From Octopus bimaculoides (lineage: Eukaryota): a stretch of DNA of 64,000 nucleotides. This document shows, in pieces, positions 1 through 11,469 of the stretch. Under the pieces are notes generated by a model. It saw only the letters and a list, made by a program, of their open reading frames with translations. It was not told where the DNA came from and did not search any database. The first letter of the stretch is position 1, and each line of letters opens with the position of its first letter. The DNA is taken from positions 89,775,659 through 89,839,658 of the forward strand of contig NC_068981.1 in the NCBI RefSeq assembly GCF_001194135.2, read 5' to 3'. The position numbers and the translations under genes are program-made.

Positions 1-649
1 TTAAAGACCCAAAGTTATTGTAGAGTATAGAGACAGTAGACTGAACCATAATCACAACCTAGTATATTACTGGTACATATTTCTTTAATCCACGCAGATA
101 TTGATAAAAGACAGCGTGGGCAGCAGCTAGATTTGAACTACGCAATGAAATGGTGAAGCATAATGGATGAGATAATGAAAGAATAGGAAAGGATGTAGAC
201 GGATTTTATTTTATCGTTACTGTTATTTTTTAATTCAGAATGAGGGAATGTAATAAAAAGTAAAAAAAAAGGATGGGTACTACCTTTAACCTTTGCAGGT
301 TCTCGTAGACAAGTGAAATCAACGCTTTTGAGACACTATTTGAAAATATATAGATCGCTGTCTATATGAAAAACATAGGCAGTTTAATAAGAAATCCAGT
401 GGTAATCCGGATTAAGTGTGCTGCATCAGCTTGGTAAGATGATATCCAAGTACTTAATTAATAAAATGGTAGGACACAACAAGCAACGAAAGGGAAACAA
501 TAAAACGAGACAAAAACAAAACCATAAAAAGGTAATGCTAGATTATAGCAGTTTTTAGAATGAAGGACTTGGTTGGTATTTGGGAAATTAAATGTTTCAA
601 AGAACGAAAGAAAGAAGGAATAGAGAGACAGAGTGAATAAGTGATTGAA

Positions 650-758
650 GAATAGAAGAAAAAGAGGATAGAAGAAAAAGAGGATAGAAGAAAAAGAGGA
701 TAGAAGAAAAAGAGGATAGAAGAAAAAGAGGATAGAAGAAAAAGAGGATAGAAGAAAA
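650..758. repeat. 16-bp purine-rich minisatellite (GGATAGAAGAAAAAGA, about 6.8 copies)
   Basis: Directly visible near-identical tandem units; they produce the repeated PLFLLSSFSSILFFF in the spurious ORF 538..1041. Confidence 0.95.
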
Positions 759-1060
759 TTAGCACCAAGGAGAGAACAAGTCTAAGAGAGATAAACATAG
801 CAAACGAGTGAGATAGTGAGAAGTGTAAAGGGGGAACAGAAGGAGGGAAAGAGAATTGGGAAGAAATACAGGGGAAAAGGGCAAGACTAAAACAAAGTGT
901 GTAAATAACGAAAAACAAAGAAAATATCAGAAAAAAAAAACAGTTATATGTGTATGCATATATGTGTTCGTGTGTAAGTGTGTGTGTGTGCGTGCGAGTA
1001 TATTTGTATATGTGTGTGTGTATGTACGTATACACAGACACACAAATCTATGTGTGTGTG

Positions 1061-1095
<35 letters not shown>

Positions 1096-1216
1096 CAGAG
1101 TTAGGTGAATATATATATTGTGAGGGAATATAAAAGGAGATAAACGACAAAGAGAAAGATTTTTAAAAATGATATCTGAAAAGAGAGCTGTCTAAGGAAA
1201 TGAAAATATAAGATTG

Positions 1217-1238
1217 CGTGTGTGTGTGTGTGTGTGTA

Positions 1239-1279
<41 letters not shown>
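1217..1279. repeat. (TG)n/(AG)n compound microsatellite
   Basis: Direct reading. Confidence 0.95.
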
Positions 1280-1284
<5 letters not shown>

Positions 1285-2070
1285 GAGGTGAACGAATGAC
1301 TGGAATTAATGAGTGATTTTGTGAGCGGCTCTGTGAATGAGTGAGTGAATCAGTAATTTTTTATTAAAAAAAAAAGTAGGTAAAATAAGAAGATGAATCA
1401 GTAAGAGAGTGAATGAGTTTGTGAGTGAGTGAGTGAAAGAATAATGTTGAGTTGGTTGCTAAATGAAAGTGTGAATTAATGGGTAAACCAGTAAGTCACA
1501 AAGAGAACGAAAACGTGTGCGAGCAAACATTTGAGAGAAGGACACTGTATAACACATTGGGTGTTATGCTGTATTCACATTAATTCATGGAAGAATCGGC
1601 GTTAGTGTGGCAGTTTGAGACTCTGACATAGACGCTGCAGTAGCAGCCTTTCAATATATTGACTTTGGTGTGAGAAGCTGCACTCTGAAATGCAGCTAGG
1701 AGGAGTTAAGAAACTGTTAGTACAGATGGCACAGACATGAGCGAATATGTGACGCGTAATTACTAATTGATACAAAAGAAAGAAAAAAAATCAAGAAGCT
1801 AGAACAGATATTCGAGTTGAGGTAAAGAAGCCTAGACTGTCAAGTGCAGACTGACCGTATATATGTGGTACGCAACCTCACATTTCTGATTCTATGTCTC
1901 AACAGAAATATCGGTCAAAATATGTGGTGATAGTAAGAGTAGTAATATATATATATATTAGGTTCTATTCAGACGATTGTGGAGCTCTTCCACCAGCAAT
2001 AGCATTTGTTTGACCCAAGAGAAATGAATGCAATAAATGATCGACCTATATATTTGTCCTACTACCCGCC

Positions 2071-2071
2071 C

Positions 2072-2103
<32 letters not shown>

Positions 2104-2108
2104 ATCTT

Positions 2109-2154
<46 letters not shown>

Positions 2155-2264
2155 AATCAATCTATTTATCTATCTATCTAACAATATATCTATCTAACTG
2201 TCAGTCTGTCTGTCTGTCTATCTATCTATTTATCTATCTATCATCAATCTGTGTGTGTGTGTGC

Positions 2265-2301
<37 letters not shown>
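2071..2301. repeat. (TCTA)n, (TG)n, (TA)n compound microsatellite
   Basis: Direct reading. Confidence 0.95.
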
Positions 2302-2304
<3 letters not shown>

Positions 2305-2360
2305 TTTGTAGAAAACATAAATGCGAAGTACACTCTAAGATGTAGAGCAGTATATATTAA

Positions 2361-2619
2361 AAGTGGGGAAGGCCAGTTTATGGGATTGCTCTGGGTTTCC
2401 CATCCATAGAAGGTTTAGCTTTATGGCGTATCGTCAGACCCCAAAACCTGTTGGCCTAAGACGTCTTTAAAATATGGAGTGGGGGAAGCCTCGCTACAAA
2501 GGTAAACAATATGGTAGGCCTTAGCCCAAAATGTTTTGGGGTCTAACCATACACCATAAAGTTAAACACTTTAAGGACGGGAAACTCAGGGTAATCCCAT
2601 AAACCGGTCTTCTCCACTT
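2361..2619. mobile_element. TTAA-flanked foldback MITE with about 105-bp inverted arms (Kolobok-like termini)
   Basis: Left arm aagtggggaaggccagtttatgggattgctctgggtttccc... is the reverse complement of the right arm ...gggaaactcagggtaatcccataaaccggtcttctccactt. TTAA at 2357-2360 and 2620-2623. Termini AA...TT fit the RR...YY plus TTAA pattern known for Kolobok. Confidence 0.8.
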
Positions 2620-2640
2620 TTAATATATGTGTGTGTGTGT

Positions 2641-3142
2641 ATAAAAAATATATATACAATATTAGATACCTACATATATATATACACAGGGGTACTACAT
2701 GAGTATCTATATCGCTAAAAATAGAAGTAAAAAAATACTTCAGTACCACCGAATAGTCACAAATCTATTACAGACATGATAGGAAATAAATTTCGTTTGT
2801 TCCTATAGTGCTTGGTCACTTCAAACGAACTTTTGAGGCATTGGGGGAGAATGTTAGTGGTAATTTAGCTGGCAGACTTTGGCTGATGAGAAATCGGGCA
2901 CCTATTTGGCACTAAATTTCGAAACCAGTACCAGGTTGACCAGCATTTACTTGTTCTGACCCAGTAGAGGTAAGACATTATTATTGTTCACTGATATTTT
3001 TTCCTATCATGTCTGTAATAGATTTGTGACTATTCGGTGGCATAGAAGTATTTTTTTACTTCTATTTTTTAGCGATATAGGTACTCATGTAGTACCCTTG
3101 TGTATATATGTACATATCTAATATTGTATGTAGATATTTTAT
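2641..3142. mobile_element. Foldback element with about 145-bp inverted arms and a 200-bp spacer
   Basis: 2641-2789 (...ggggtactacatgagtatctatatcgctaaaaatagaagtaaaaaaatacttc...gtcacaaatctattacagacatgataggaa) is matched in reverse complement by 2997-3142 at roughly 90% by eye. Confidence 0.8.
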
Positions 3143-3573
3143 TAAGTTGCCTGTATGGCTGATAATTCGCTTACCACTCGTGATGGTATTTTAATATCAT
3201 CCCTATATATATATATATATNNNNNNNNNNNNNNNNNNNNNNNNNNNNNNNNNNNNNNNNNNNNNNNNNNNNNNNNNNNNNNNNNNNNNNNNNNNNNNNN
3301 NNNNNNNNNNNNNNNNNNNNNNNNNNNNNNNNNNNNNNNNNNNNNNNNNNNNNNNNNNNNNNNNNNNNNNNNNNNNNNNNNNNNNNNNNNNNNNNNNNNN
3401 NNNNNNNNNNNNNNNNNNNNNNNNNNNNNNNNNNNNNNNNNNNNNNNNNNNNNNNNNNNNNNNNNNNNNNNNNNNNNNNNNNNNNNNNNNNNNNNNNNNN
3501 NNNNNNNNNNNNNNNNNNNNNNNNNNNNNNNNNNNATTAACATCAATTTAATACCAGGTAACAAGCACGTTAA

Positions 3574-3807
3574 AAGAATCCGGGAGATTCAGAAAAAATA
3601 TCTGAGATCTCAAAGGATTATTGTATATGTATATATAAAAATATATAAAGATATATATATAGGTGGACGGCTAATGTGATCTTCTTCTAGCACATTAGCA
3701 GTCCACCTAGTGGCCTCCTTTATATATATTTTTATATATTTATATATATACATATACAATAATCCTTTGAGATCTCAGATATTTTTTTCTGAATCTTCCG
3801 GATTCTT
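3574..3807. mobile_element. TTAA-flanked, almost fully palindromic MITE (Kolobok-like termini)
   Basis: aagaatccgggagattcagaaaaaatatctgagatctcaaaggattattg... and its inverse ending ...ggattctt. TTAA at 3570-3573 and 3808-3811. Inner stem aggtggacggctaatgtg / cacattagcagtccacct. Confidence 0.85.
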
Positions 3808-3826
3808 TTAATATATATATATACAA

Positions 3827-3829
3827 AGA

Positions 3830-3887
<58 letters not shown>

Positions 3888-3895
3888 TAAGCAGG

Positions 3896-3944
<49 letters not shown>
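3827..3944. repeat. (GA)n plus (GATA)n microsatellite
   Basis: Direct reading. Confidence 0.95.
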
Positions 3945-3945
<1 letters not shown>

Positions 3946-4047
3946 TACACATATAGTTACAGGCACACACATACGTGCGCACACACAGACGAAACCACAT
4001 ACGAATATTTATACACATTTATCAAATGAGAGATTAACAGTTTTAAT

Positions 4048-4684
4048 GTTCTAGCTCACTTCTGATGTTTACAGCTGTGCCTAGAAGGAAGGTGTGTAGT
4101 GTGTGACCGTCGCATTAACCATGGGAGAGAAAGTTGTCATGGTGATACCTGCTCAGAGGCCTATGCAGAGTTGCAGAAAGTGTATGGAAGGGAGTGTACG
4201 AGCCGCACACAATTCTACGAGTGGTTCAGACTTTTCCAAGATGGCCGAAAACATTCCGATGTTGACGAACGTTCTGGGAGACCCGCAACCAGCACAACTG
4301 AAGAAAACATCGAAGATGTGCATGCAGCTGTGAAGCGAAATCATTGATCCACCATCCATGAGTAATCAGAGGATGTTCAGATTAGTTACGGTTCAGTTCA
4401 TTATCACTGAAGATTTGGGTATGAGACGCATGTCTGCCAAGTTTGTGCTAAAACTGCTTTCAGCGGACCAAAGGGACACATGGATTTCAGTTGCACAAAA
4501 TCTCTTCGATTGCGTCGAAAACGATGAAAACTTTGCGTAGGCCTCTGAGCATGTATTACTAAACTTTCATCAAAATTTTAGGCAGATTCTCTGCTCAACT
4601 TTCTCTGTAATGATCAATGCGACGATCACACGCTACACAGTTTCCTTTCAAGCATTGCTGTAAACAGCGGAAGTGAGCTAGAAC
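4048..4684 (+). mobile_element. Defective mariner transposon: N-terminal DNA-binding region followed by an inverted copy of its own 5' end
   Basis: Pieced translation ...EAYAELQKVYG...FYEWFRLFQDGRKHSDVDERSGRPATSTTEENI...DLGMRRMSAKFVLKLLS matches the mariner HTH plus WVPxxL linker, with stops and frameshifts. 4530-4684 is the reverse complement of 4048-4175. Confidence 0.9.
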
Positions 4685-5670
4685 NNNNNNNNNNNNNNNN
4701 NNNNNNNNNNNNNNNNNNNNNNNNNNNNNNNNNNNNNNNNNNNNNNNNNNNNNNNNNNNNNNNNNNNNNNNNNNNNNNNNNNNNNNNNNNNNNNNNNNNN
4801 NNNNNNNNNNNNNNNNNNNNNNNNNNNNNNNNNNNNNNNNNNNNNNNNNNNNNNNNNNNNNNNNNNNNNNNNNNNNNNNNNNNNNNNNNNNNNNNNNNNN
4901 NNNNNNNNNNNNNNNNNNNNNNNNNNNNNNNNNNNNNNNNNNNNNNNNNNNNNNNNNNNNNNNNNNNNNNNNNNNNNNNNNNNNNNNNNNNNNNNNNNNN
5001 NNNNNNNNNNNNNNNNNNNNNNNNNNNNNNNNNNNNNNNNNNNNNNNNNNNNNNNNNNNNNNNNNNNNNNNNNNNNNNNNNNNNNNNNNNNNNNNNNNNN
5101 NNNNNNNNNNNNNNNNNNNNNNNNNNNNNNNNNNNNNNNNNNNNNNNNNNNNNNNNNNNNNNNNNNNNNNNNNNNNNNNNNNNNNNNNNNNNNNNNNNNN
5201 NNNNNNNNNNNNNNNNNNNNNNNNNNNNNNNNNNNNNNNNNNNNNNNNNNNNNNNNNNNNNNNNNNNNNNNNNNNNNNNNNNNNNNNNNNNNNNNNNNNN
5301 NNNNNNNNNNNNNNNNNNNNNNNNNNNNNNNNNNNNNNNNNNNNNNNNNNNNNNNNNNNNNNNNNNNNNNNNNNNNNNNNNNNNNNNNNNNNNNNNNNNN
5401 NNNNNNNNNNNNNNNNNNNNNNNNNNNNNNNNNNNNNNNNNNNNNNNNNNNNNNNNNNNNNNNNNNNNNNNNNNNNNNNNNNNNNNNNNNNNNNNNNNNN
5501 NNNNNNNNNNNNNNNNNNNNNNNNNNNNNNNNNNNNNNNNNNNNNNNNNNNNNNNNNNNNNNNNNNNNNNNNNNNNNNNNNNNNNNNNNNNNNNNNNNNN
5601 GTTATTTCTTTTCATAAAGTCTATGATTCATCGAGTAACAATTTGAATTCCCCTTAATGCATTCATTTAG

Positions 5671-5779
5671 GTCTTTTTGGGGTGAATCCTAAGACAGAAG
5701 ATAACAAAGTGAACTGCTACTTATTTCTGATTCTCATTTGGTATTATAAGGACTTGCGCAGCTTTAGGGAGATGAAAAG
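5671..5779 (+). CDS. Candidate internal exon (GLFGVNPKTEDNKVNCYLFLILIWYYKDLRSFREMK)
   Basis: catttag| acceptor, aag|gtaaat donor, one open frame of three, phase-compatible with 5943-6072. No recognisable domain; could be decayed LINE sequence. Confidence 0.3.
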
Positions 5780-5942
5780 GTAAATTTTTATACTGCTTTG
5801 AAATTTGTAAAACTTATTTTTTATTTAGTATCTAAATTGTATTTAGTATCTATATTCATGAGTAACGCTTGCCTGTGGTCATAGTAGGAGCAGTATCTAT
5901 GAAATTGTTCGTAATTAGCCTTGTGTAAATTATTATTTTCAG

Positions 5943-6072
5943 TTTATGCCCCCTTAATATTCTAAAAGAATATAAAAATATTAAAGAGGCATCGTCTGAA
6001 AATAATAATTTGCACAAACCTAACAAACCTGAGTTTGTTATCAATAATAGAGCTCTAGAAATTAAGCATTGA
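5943..6072 (+). CDS. Candidate terminal exon (SLCPLNILKEYKNIKEASSENNNLHKPNKPEFVINNRALEIKH*)
   Basis: tattattttcag| acceptor, open in the phase left by 5671-5779, ends TGA, AATAAA at 6220-6225. Confidence 0.28.
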
Positions 6073-8289
6073 AACTTTTATGGGGTTAACTGACAAGAAA
6101 CGTCTGTTAATTCCGATTTGGCATTTATCAGCGAAGCAAAATGATATAAGTTGTATTTATGGAAGAAAACTTTCGTCGTAATACAAAAACTATAATCAGT
6201 GAACAAAAGGAACATATTTAATAAAACAAATTAATTACAGAGAAAACTGAGTTGAGTTACAGAAGTACACGTGCTGGTAGACCCCTTCATCGTAAATAAT
6301 ATTAACATGTAAGATATCACATATCCAGTTCATTTAAAGATAATAGTACAATAGTCATCGATGAAGTGAATGATTGAAGCTCCATTAATGATAACAAACT
6401 TTATGCAAAATCAATAAAAAGCAAACTGAAAACCATTCTGCGGTGAGCTAAAAACAAATTAATATTTGTCAACGACTTATATGATTGTAAATTTCCCGGC
6501 AAATTCGCTAGATAAGGACATGCTTCTGCTTTATTTTGATGACAGCGGTGAGAAATAGTCTTAACCGTATATAGTGAATCTTTGCTCAAAGAATCACTAA
6601 ATAAAGCATATGTATTACTTTGTGTAGAAAAGGAGAACATTACAAAAAGCAATAAAAATACTAACTGCATGAAAACCATGAGTGAAATTAGTGCTGACAT
6701 AAGACCTGATTGATAATTATATAATAATATAGAAGATAGTTGTATCATCTGTATCAGTCTGGTATAAATAGCAATCACATAAATCATTCAGTAACATCCT
6801 ACTATCTTAAAAAGCGTAAGATATTGGATTAAATTTTCCTAAATTCACAGTCTGAAAAACGGACATTTGATCAGAGTTCTGCATCATCGCGAGTGACTTT
6901 GAACCAAACAGCATCAAAAATAATCACAACTATTTTGAGGATGATTAGGTGTTTTTGGTTTTCTGCCATGTTTTACGGTGTTGATTTTGAGCGTCTATAA
7001 ATTTATGTGATGCATAATGGTAAAGCTATTTTTACGTTATTTAGAGCGGATATAAATGAAATTTAATTGTCGATATCTTAAGTTGTGATTTAAGCAGCCT
7101 TGTAAATATATATTTACTTCATTCATATTCGGTTGAGTTACGATGCTTAATCTCGTAACGTCTTATGTTTGTAAATGCAAACGAGGAAAAACATATCTAA
7201 TACTGTTGGATAGAGTGAAATAAAATAATTTATTCAAAGCTAAGACTGCGTAAACTTATTGAGATCCAGTGTTTTCCGTAGTTGAAACAGGTCACAACTA
7301 AGACACAACGATACTAAGTACATGGAAAGAGGAACAGCCAGACAGGGTATGTGGGGAGAGATATGTGACAAAATAAAGAGAAACATATATAAAGCAAAAC
7401 TTGAGCGACAGTACCGGCGAAGGAACAAGTAGAATATATTAACGAACAAAATATTCTATTTTCGACGAAATTAAGAAAAAAGAAATACAATAACGGATGA
7501 TAGAATAGTTACATGTATTAACAGGAAGAGGTTAAACGTTGACTCATAAAGTATGAGTGCAATATGATGGTTTAGGCCTGAAATGTGCGTTTGCAAATGT
7601 ATAAGCAGTGGAAGTAAAAGCAAAAAAAAAACAAAAAAGAATGTGAGATTTATGTCAGAAACTAAATATGCTTGAATGTTTGTATGTATAGTTTAATTGA
7701 ACTAACAAAGGATCAAAAATAAGCAAAATCCTAGTGAAGGAAGAAAAAGGATGCAGCATTATAGTTCTTGAAACGTAACCGCTTTGGTTTTTCTGTTTTT
7801 AGTTTAAATTTGCAGAGAAAGGAAGGTTTTTTTATTTTAAAAAAATTAAAAGATTAAAAAAACTTTAAATAAGAATTAACAAACAAAATAAAAAGAAGTA
7901 AATGACTGCAAAATATTTAGATTATTGTGGATATCTAGAACGTTGTAGGGATTGTAAAAGAATATATACATAGTTATTTTTCCTTTTTTTAATTAATTAA
8001 CTAGTTGATCATTTAATTAACTAGTTGATTTATTTGCCTCTTCACGTCTTAACCAAGAATTGTATTTTCTGTGATAATGTGTTTTGATCTGAGTTCGTGT
8101 GTTGAAACTAAAATGATTGCAGCTCGAAACTACGATCTGATCACTGCATAAGATCCTGCATACGTTTGTCAGCGGCCAGGTCGTTGTTTCGAACGTCGAA
8201 AAGTTTGTCACCATATTAAAAACAAGAGATGTTTCTGTGAAGCTCATGGCTTTGAGAATTTCTGAATAGTTAGATCGCTAGCCACTGCA

Positions 8290-8449
8290 TATTCTTTATT
8301 TTCTCTGATTGTTTCTCTGTGGAACAGCGTAGGCTCGAAACGTTAAAAACTTTTTCACTTCCCGAGCGTTATACAAATACATCTGTTTGTTATCTACACC
8401 ACCTGTCTTCGTCTTTTGTTTGTTTGTATTTTTTGTGAATTCTCCCCCC
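8290..8449 (+). mobile_element. Penelope-like terminal repeat fragment with a decayed minimal hammerhead motif
   Basis: ctgtgga-ac-agc-gtag-gct-c-gaaacgtt followed by ...cgagcgttatacaaatacatctg..., a tail shared with the copies at 39.3 and 58.2 kb. Confidence 0.6.
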
Positions 8450-9125
8450 NNNNNNNNNNNNNNNNNNNNNNNNNNNNNNNNNNNNNNNNNNNNNNNNNNN
8501 NNNNNNNNNNNNNNNNNNNNNNNNNNNNNNNNNNNNNNNNNNNNNNNNNNNNNNNNNNNNNNNNNNNNNNNNNNNNNNNNNNNNNNNNNNNNNNNNNNNN
8601 NNNNNNNNNNNNNNNNNNNNNNNNNNNNNNNNNNNNNNNNNNNNNNNNNNNNNNNNNNNNNNNNNNNNNNNNNNNNNNNNNNNNNNNNNNNNNNNNNNNN
8701 NNNNNNNNNNNNNNNNNNNNNNNNNNNNNNNNNNNNNNNNNNNNNNNNNNNNNNNNNNNNNNNNNNNNNNNNNNNNNNNNNNNNNNNNNNNNNNNNNNNN
8801 NNNNNNNNNNNNNNNNNNNNNNNNNNNNNNNNNNNNNNNNNNNNNNNNNNNNNNNNNNNNNNNNNNNNNNNNNNNNNNNNNNNNNNNNNNNNNNNNNNNN
8901 NNNNNNNNNNNNNNNNNNNNNNNNNNNNNNNNNNNNNNNNNNNNNNNNNNNNNNNNNNNNNNNNNNNNNNNNNNNNNNNNNNNNNNNNNNNNNNNNNNNN
9001 NNNNNNNNNNNNNNNNNNNNNNNNNNNNNNNNNNNNNNNNNNNNNNNNNNNNNNNNNNNNNNNNNNNNNNNNNNNNNNNNNNNNNNNNNNNNNNNNNNNN
9101 NNNNNNNNNNNNNNNNNNNNNNNNN

Positions 9126-9169
<44 letters not shown>

Positions 9170-9232
9170 AAATCTCTGAGCGAGTGATATGCAGTAACAG
9201 TACCGAACAGTACAGCTTATCCGCCAACAGAA

Positions 9233-9492
9233 TGTGGTAGTCCTACACTGGACAATGTTACTTACTGTTTAGCCTCAAGAAAACATCTTTTCCAACTGGC
9301 TACCGACACACAGTTTGTGTCCGTACAATATGAGCAACGGAGTTTATCGCTTCCTTCTCACGAAGGTTAGAGATGGCTGTGATAAATTCCCTTGCTCAAA
9401 ATATTCGGAAACAAAGTGTGTCGGTAGCCAGCTGGAAAAGATGTTTTCCTGGGCTAAACAGTAGTAACATCGTCTTGTGTAGGACTGCCACA
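9233..9492. mobile_element. Foldback MITE with about 115-bp inverted arms
   Basis: tgtggtagtcctacac...aaaacatcttttccaactggctaccgacacac and inverse gtgtgtcggtagccagctggaaaagatgtttt...gtgtaggactgccaca. No clear TSD. Confidence 0.85.
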
Positions 9493-9623
9493 CTTACAAT
9501 CCTTTACAGAGCCTTTGTAAGATTTCCTTTCATAAATACTCATACATTAAGACGATTCACGTTTTTAGCAATTAGTTGGAAAGGAAAGAGCAGTGCTCTT
9601 AACAATTTACTTTTATAGGGTCA

Positions 9624-9900
9624 CCGAAATTGGTTGCAAGAGGGGAAGAAGTTATCTTCAATCCAGACGAACGCTGCAAACGCTTGCAACAGAGTAATCT
9701 CCACTAAATGAATCCAGGAAACAGACGATAGTGGTGGATGTTACAGTCATGGCCAAGGATAAAGTGTGCTGCCGAAGAACTTAGAACACAAACACACACA
9801 TTGAAATTGGTTGGAAGAGGGAAAGAAGTTATCTTCAATCCATAGGCCTACTGGAAACGTTTACAACAGAGCAATCTCCACTAAAGACATCCAAGAACAC
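9624..9900. repeat. Local direct duplication of about 100 bp (9624-9730 and 9801-9900)
   Basis: Both copies read gaaattggttg.aagaggg.aagaagttatcttcaatcca...aacagag.aatctccactaaa. Confidence 0.85.
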
Positions 9901-9987
9901 ACGCGCGCACGCACACACACACACACACACACACAAGCACGAAATAAATTCTGCAAAGAACGTTTGTCTGCGCTCTGAAATTTCGCC

Positions 9988-10206
9988 TACGAGGGTGTGC
10001 TCAAAAGTTCCTGGCGTTGGGTAAAAGATAATACAGAAGTATCAGTTGATTATAATTTTATTCAACATATTCCCCTTTCAGAATTGCACTTATTTTAGCG
10101 ATCCTTCAGGTTTTCTAAGCCCTGTAAAAGAACTCCGAAGGTTGGGCCAATAACCAAGCTTTTCGCGATGCCCTTAAAGCCAAGAACTTTTCAGCAATCC
10201 TTGTGT
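9988..10206. mobile_element. Mariner-derived MITE (about 220 bp)
   Basis: TIRs tacgagggtgtgctcaaaagttcctggc and gccaagaacttttcagcaatccttgtg. Internal tattcaacatattcccc is the reverse complement of the mariner C-terminal GEYVE* coding. Confidence 0.85.
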
Positions 10207-11469
10207 TATATATAACCCATTATAACTAGCTTGCGTACATTCTAACAATATTCAACAAATTTGTCGACAACGCATCGTTAAATTATGTATTTTAAGGATT
10301 ATCGAGCTCAAATTCTGTTGTTGTTTTATTCTATTTCCTTTTGTTTTTATATTATCCTTTGAAATATTACTTTTAATCTCTAAAATAATAATCTTCCAGT
10401 AATCAACTCCACAATTTCCATTCCATTAAATATAATCTAACTATATCATCCAGAAAATTATAACAGCAGTTTAGAATCTAATACTTTATAAATTACTCGT
10501 ATAGCCAACTAATTTTACATTACTGTATGTAATATTGTAGTTATATTTTTTATACACAGAATATTTTACCTTTATTTTAATTAGATATATTGTACATTAT
10601 ATATTTTAATATCATACTATTTTAATGTTTTGTTTGTATTTTTCCTACATAGATCAAATTTATTATCATAATACCTAGCTTGAACGAGTTAAACTTTGCT
10701 CTCTTAAAATTATCCACCTGAAAATAATAACAAGCCTTAAGGAACTTTATATCGCTCTTCAAATATTATAATTGTTCTGCTTTGTTTTTCGTCAGAACAC
10801 TATAGCTGTGATAAGGTTAGTATTATTTCTCCAAGATCGTTCATTTTTTCTCAACCGATCAAAGGACCGATTGAGTAAACCGATCAATGAATGACCATGA
10901 TCATCAGAAACAGATGTAGGTCGAATTTACTACACTAAAAGAATATGTAATGACCATTATTTATACCTTGTCTTGCATATCATATGATATACCTTCTCTT
11001 GAGGTTATCATAGTATTATTATCTATATAAAGTTGGATATATTTTTAACAATTATGATCTTTCGATTAATTCATACTTGTAATGACTGATAAATGATTTC
11101 ATTGTAAACATAATTATTTTAACAATTTGAATAGCATGCACGGTTTTTCATGATAAAATTTATAATATTCTCTTCGGAATTATCATCAATTTTTATATCC
11201 ACTGTTGTTACTATACTCACTCCCTAGCATTTTTCGATCTTTCTTTTTAAGAGGTTTAATAAATAGAAAGTTTAACGAAGAAAATATAAGATTTCACGTG
11301 GCGTAAACAAAATATGTTTTCAAGTTAATCCTGCATTTTGATAAAATACCATTATGTTACTAGCATGAGTAATTACTTGTTTCCAGATTGATGGGACAAT
11401 CTTAGAAATAATGATACTAATTTTTTAAGTATATTTATTGGATGGGTTTTAGGATCTAAGTATTTAGTT

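Noticed and set aside
281-440. Acceptor/donor pair as a coding exon
   Set aside because: All three frames from the strong acceptor at about 298 contain stops.
538-1041. 167-aa hydrophobic ORF
   Set aside because: Read-through of TA/TG microsatellites and the 16-bp minisatellite.
10200-11420. Continuation of the PLE RT to its YxDD motif and endonuclease
   Set aside because: Only scattered, strand-inconsistent peptide hints; too decayed to assign.
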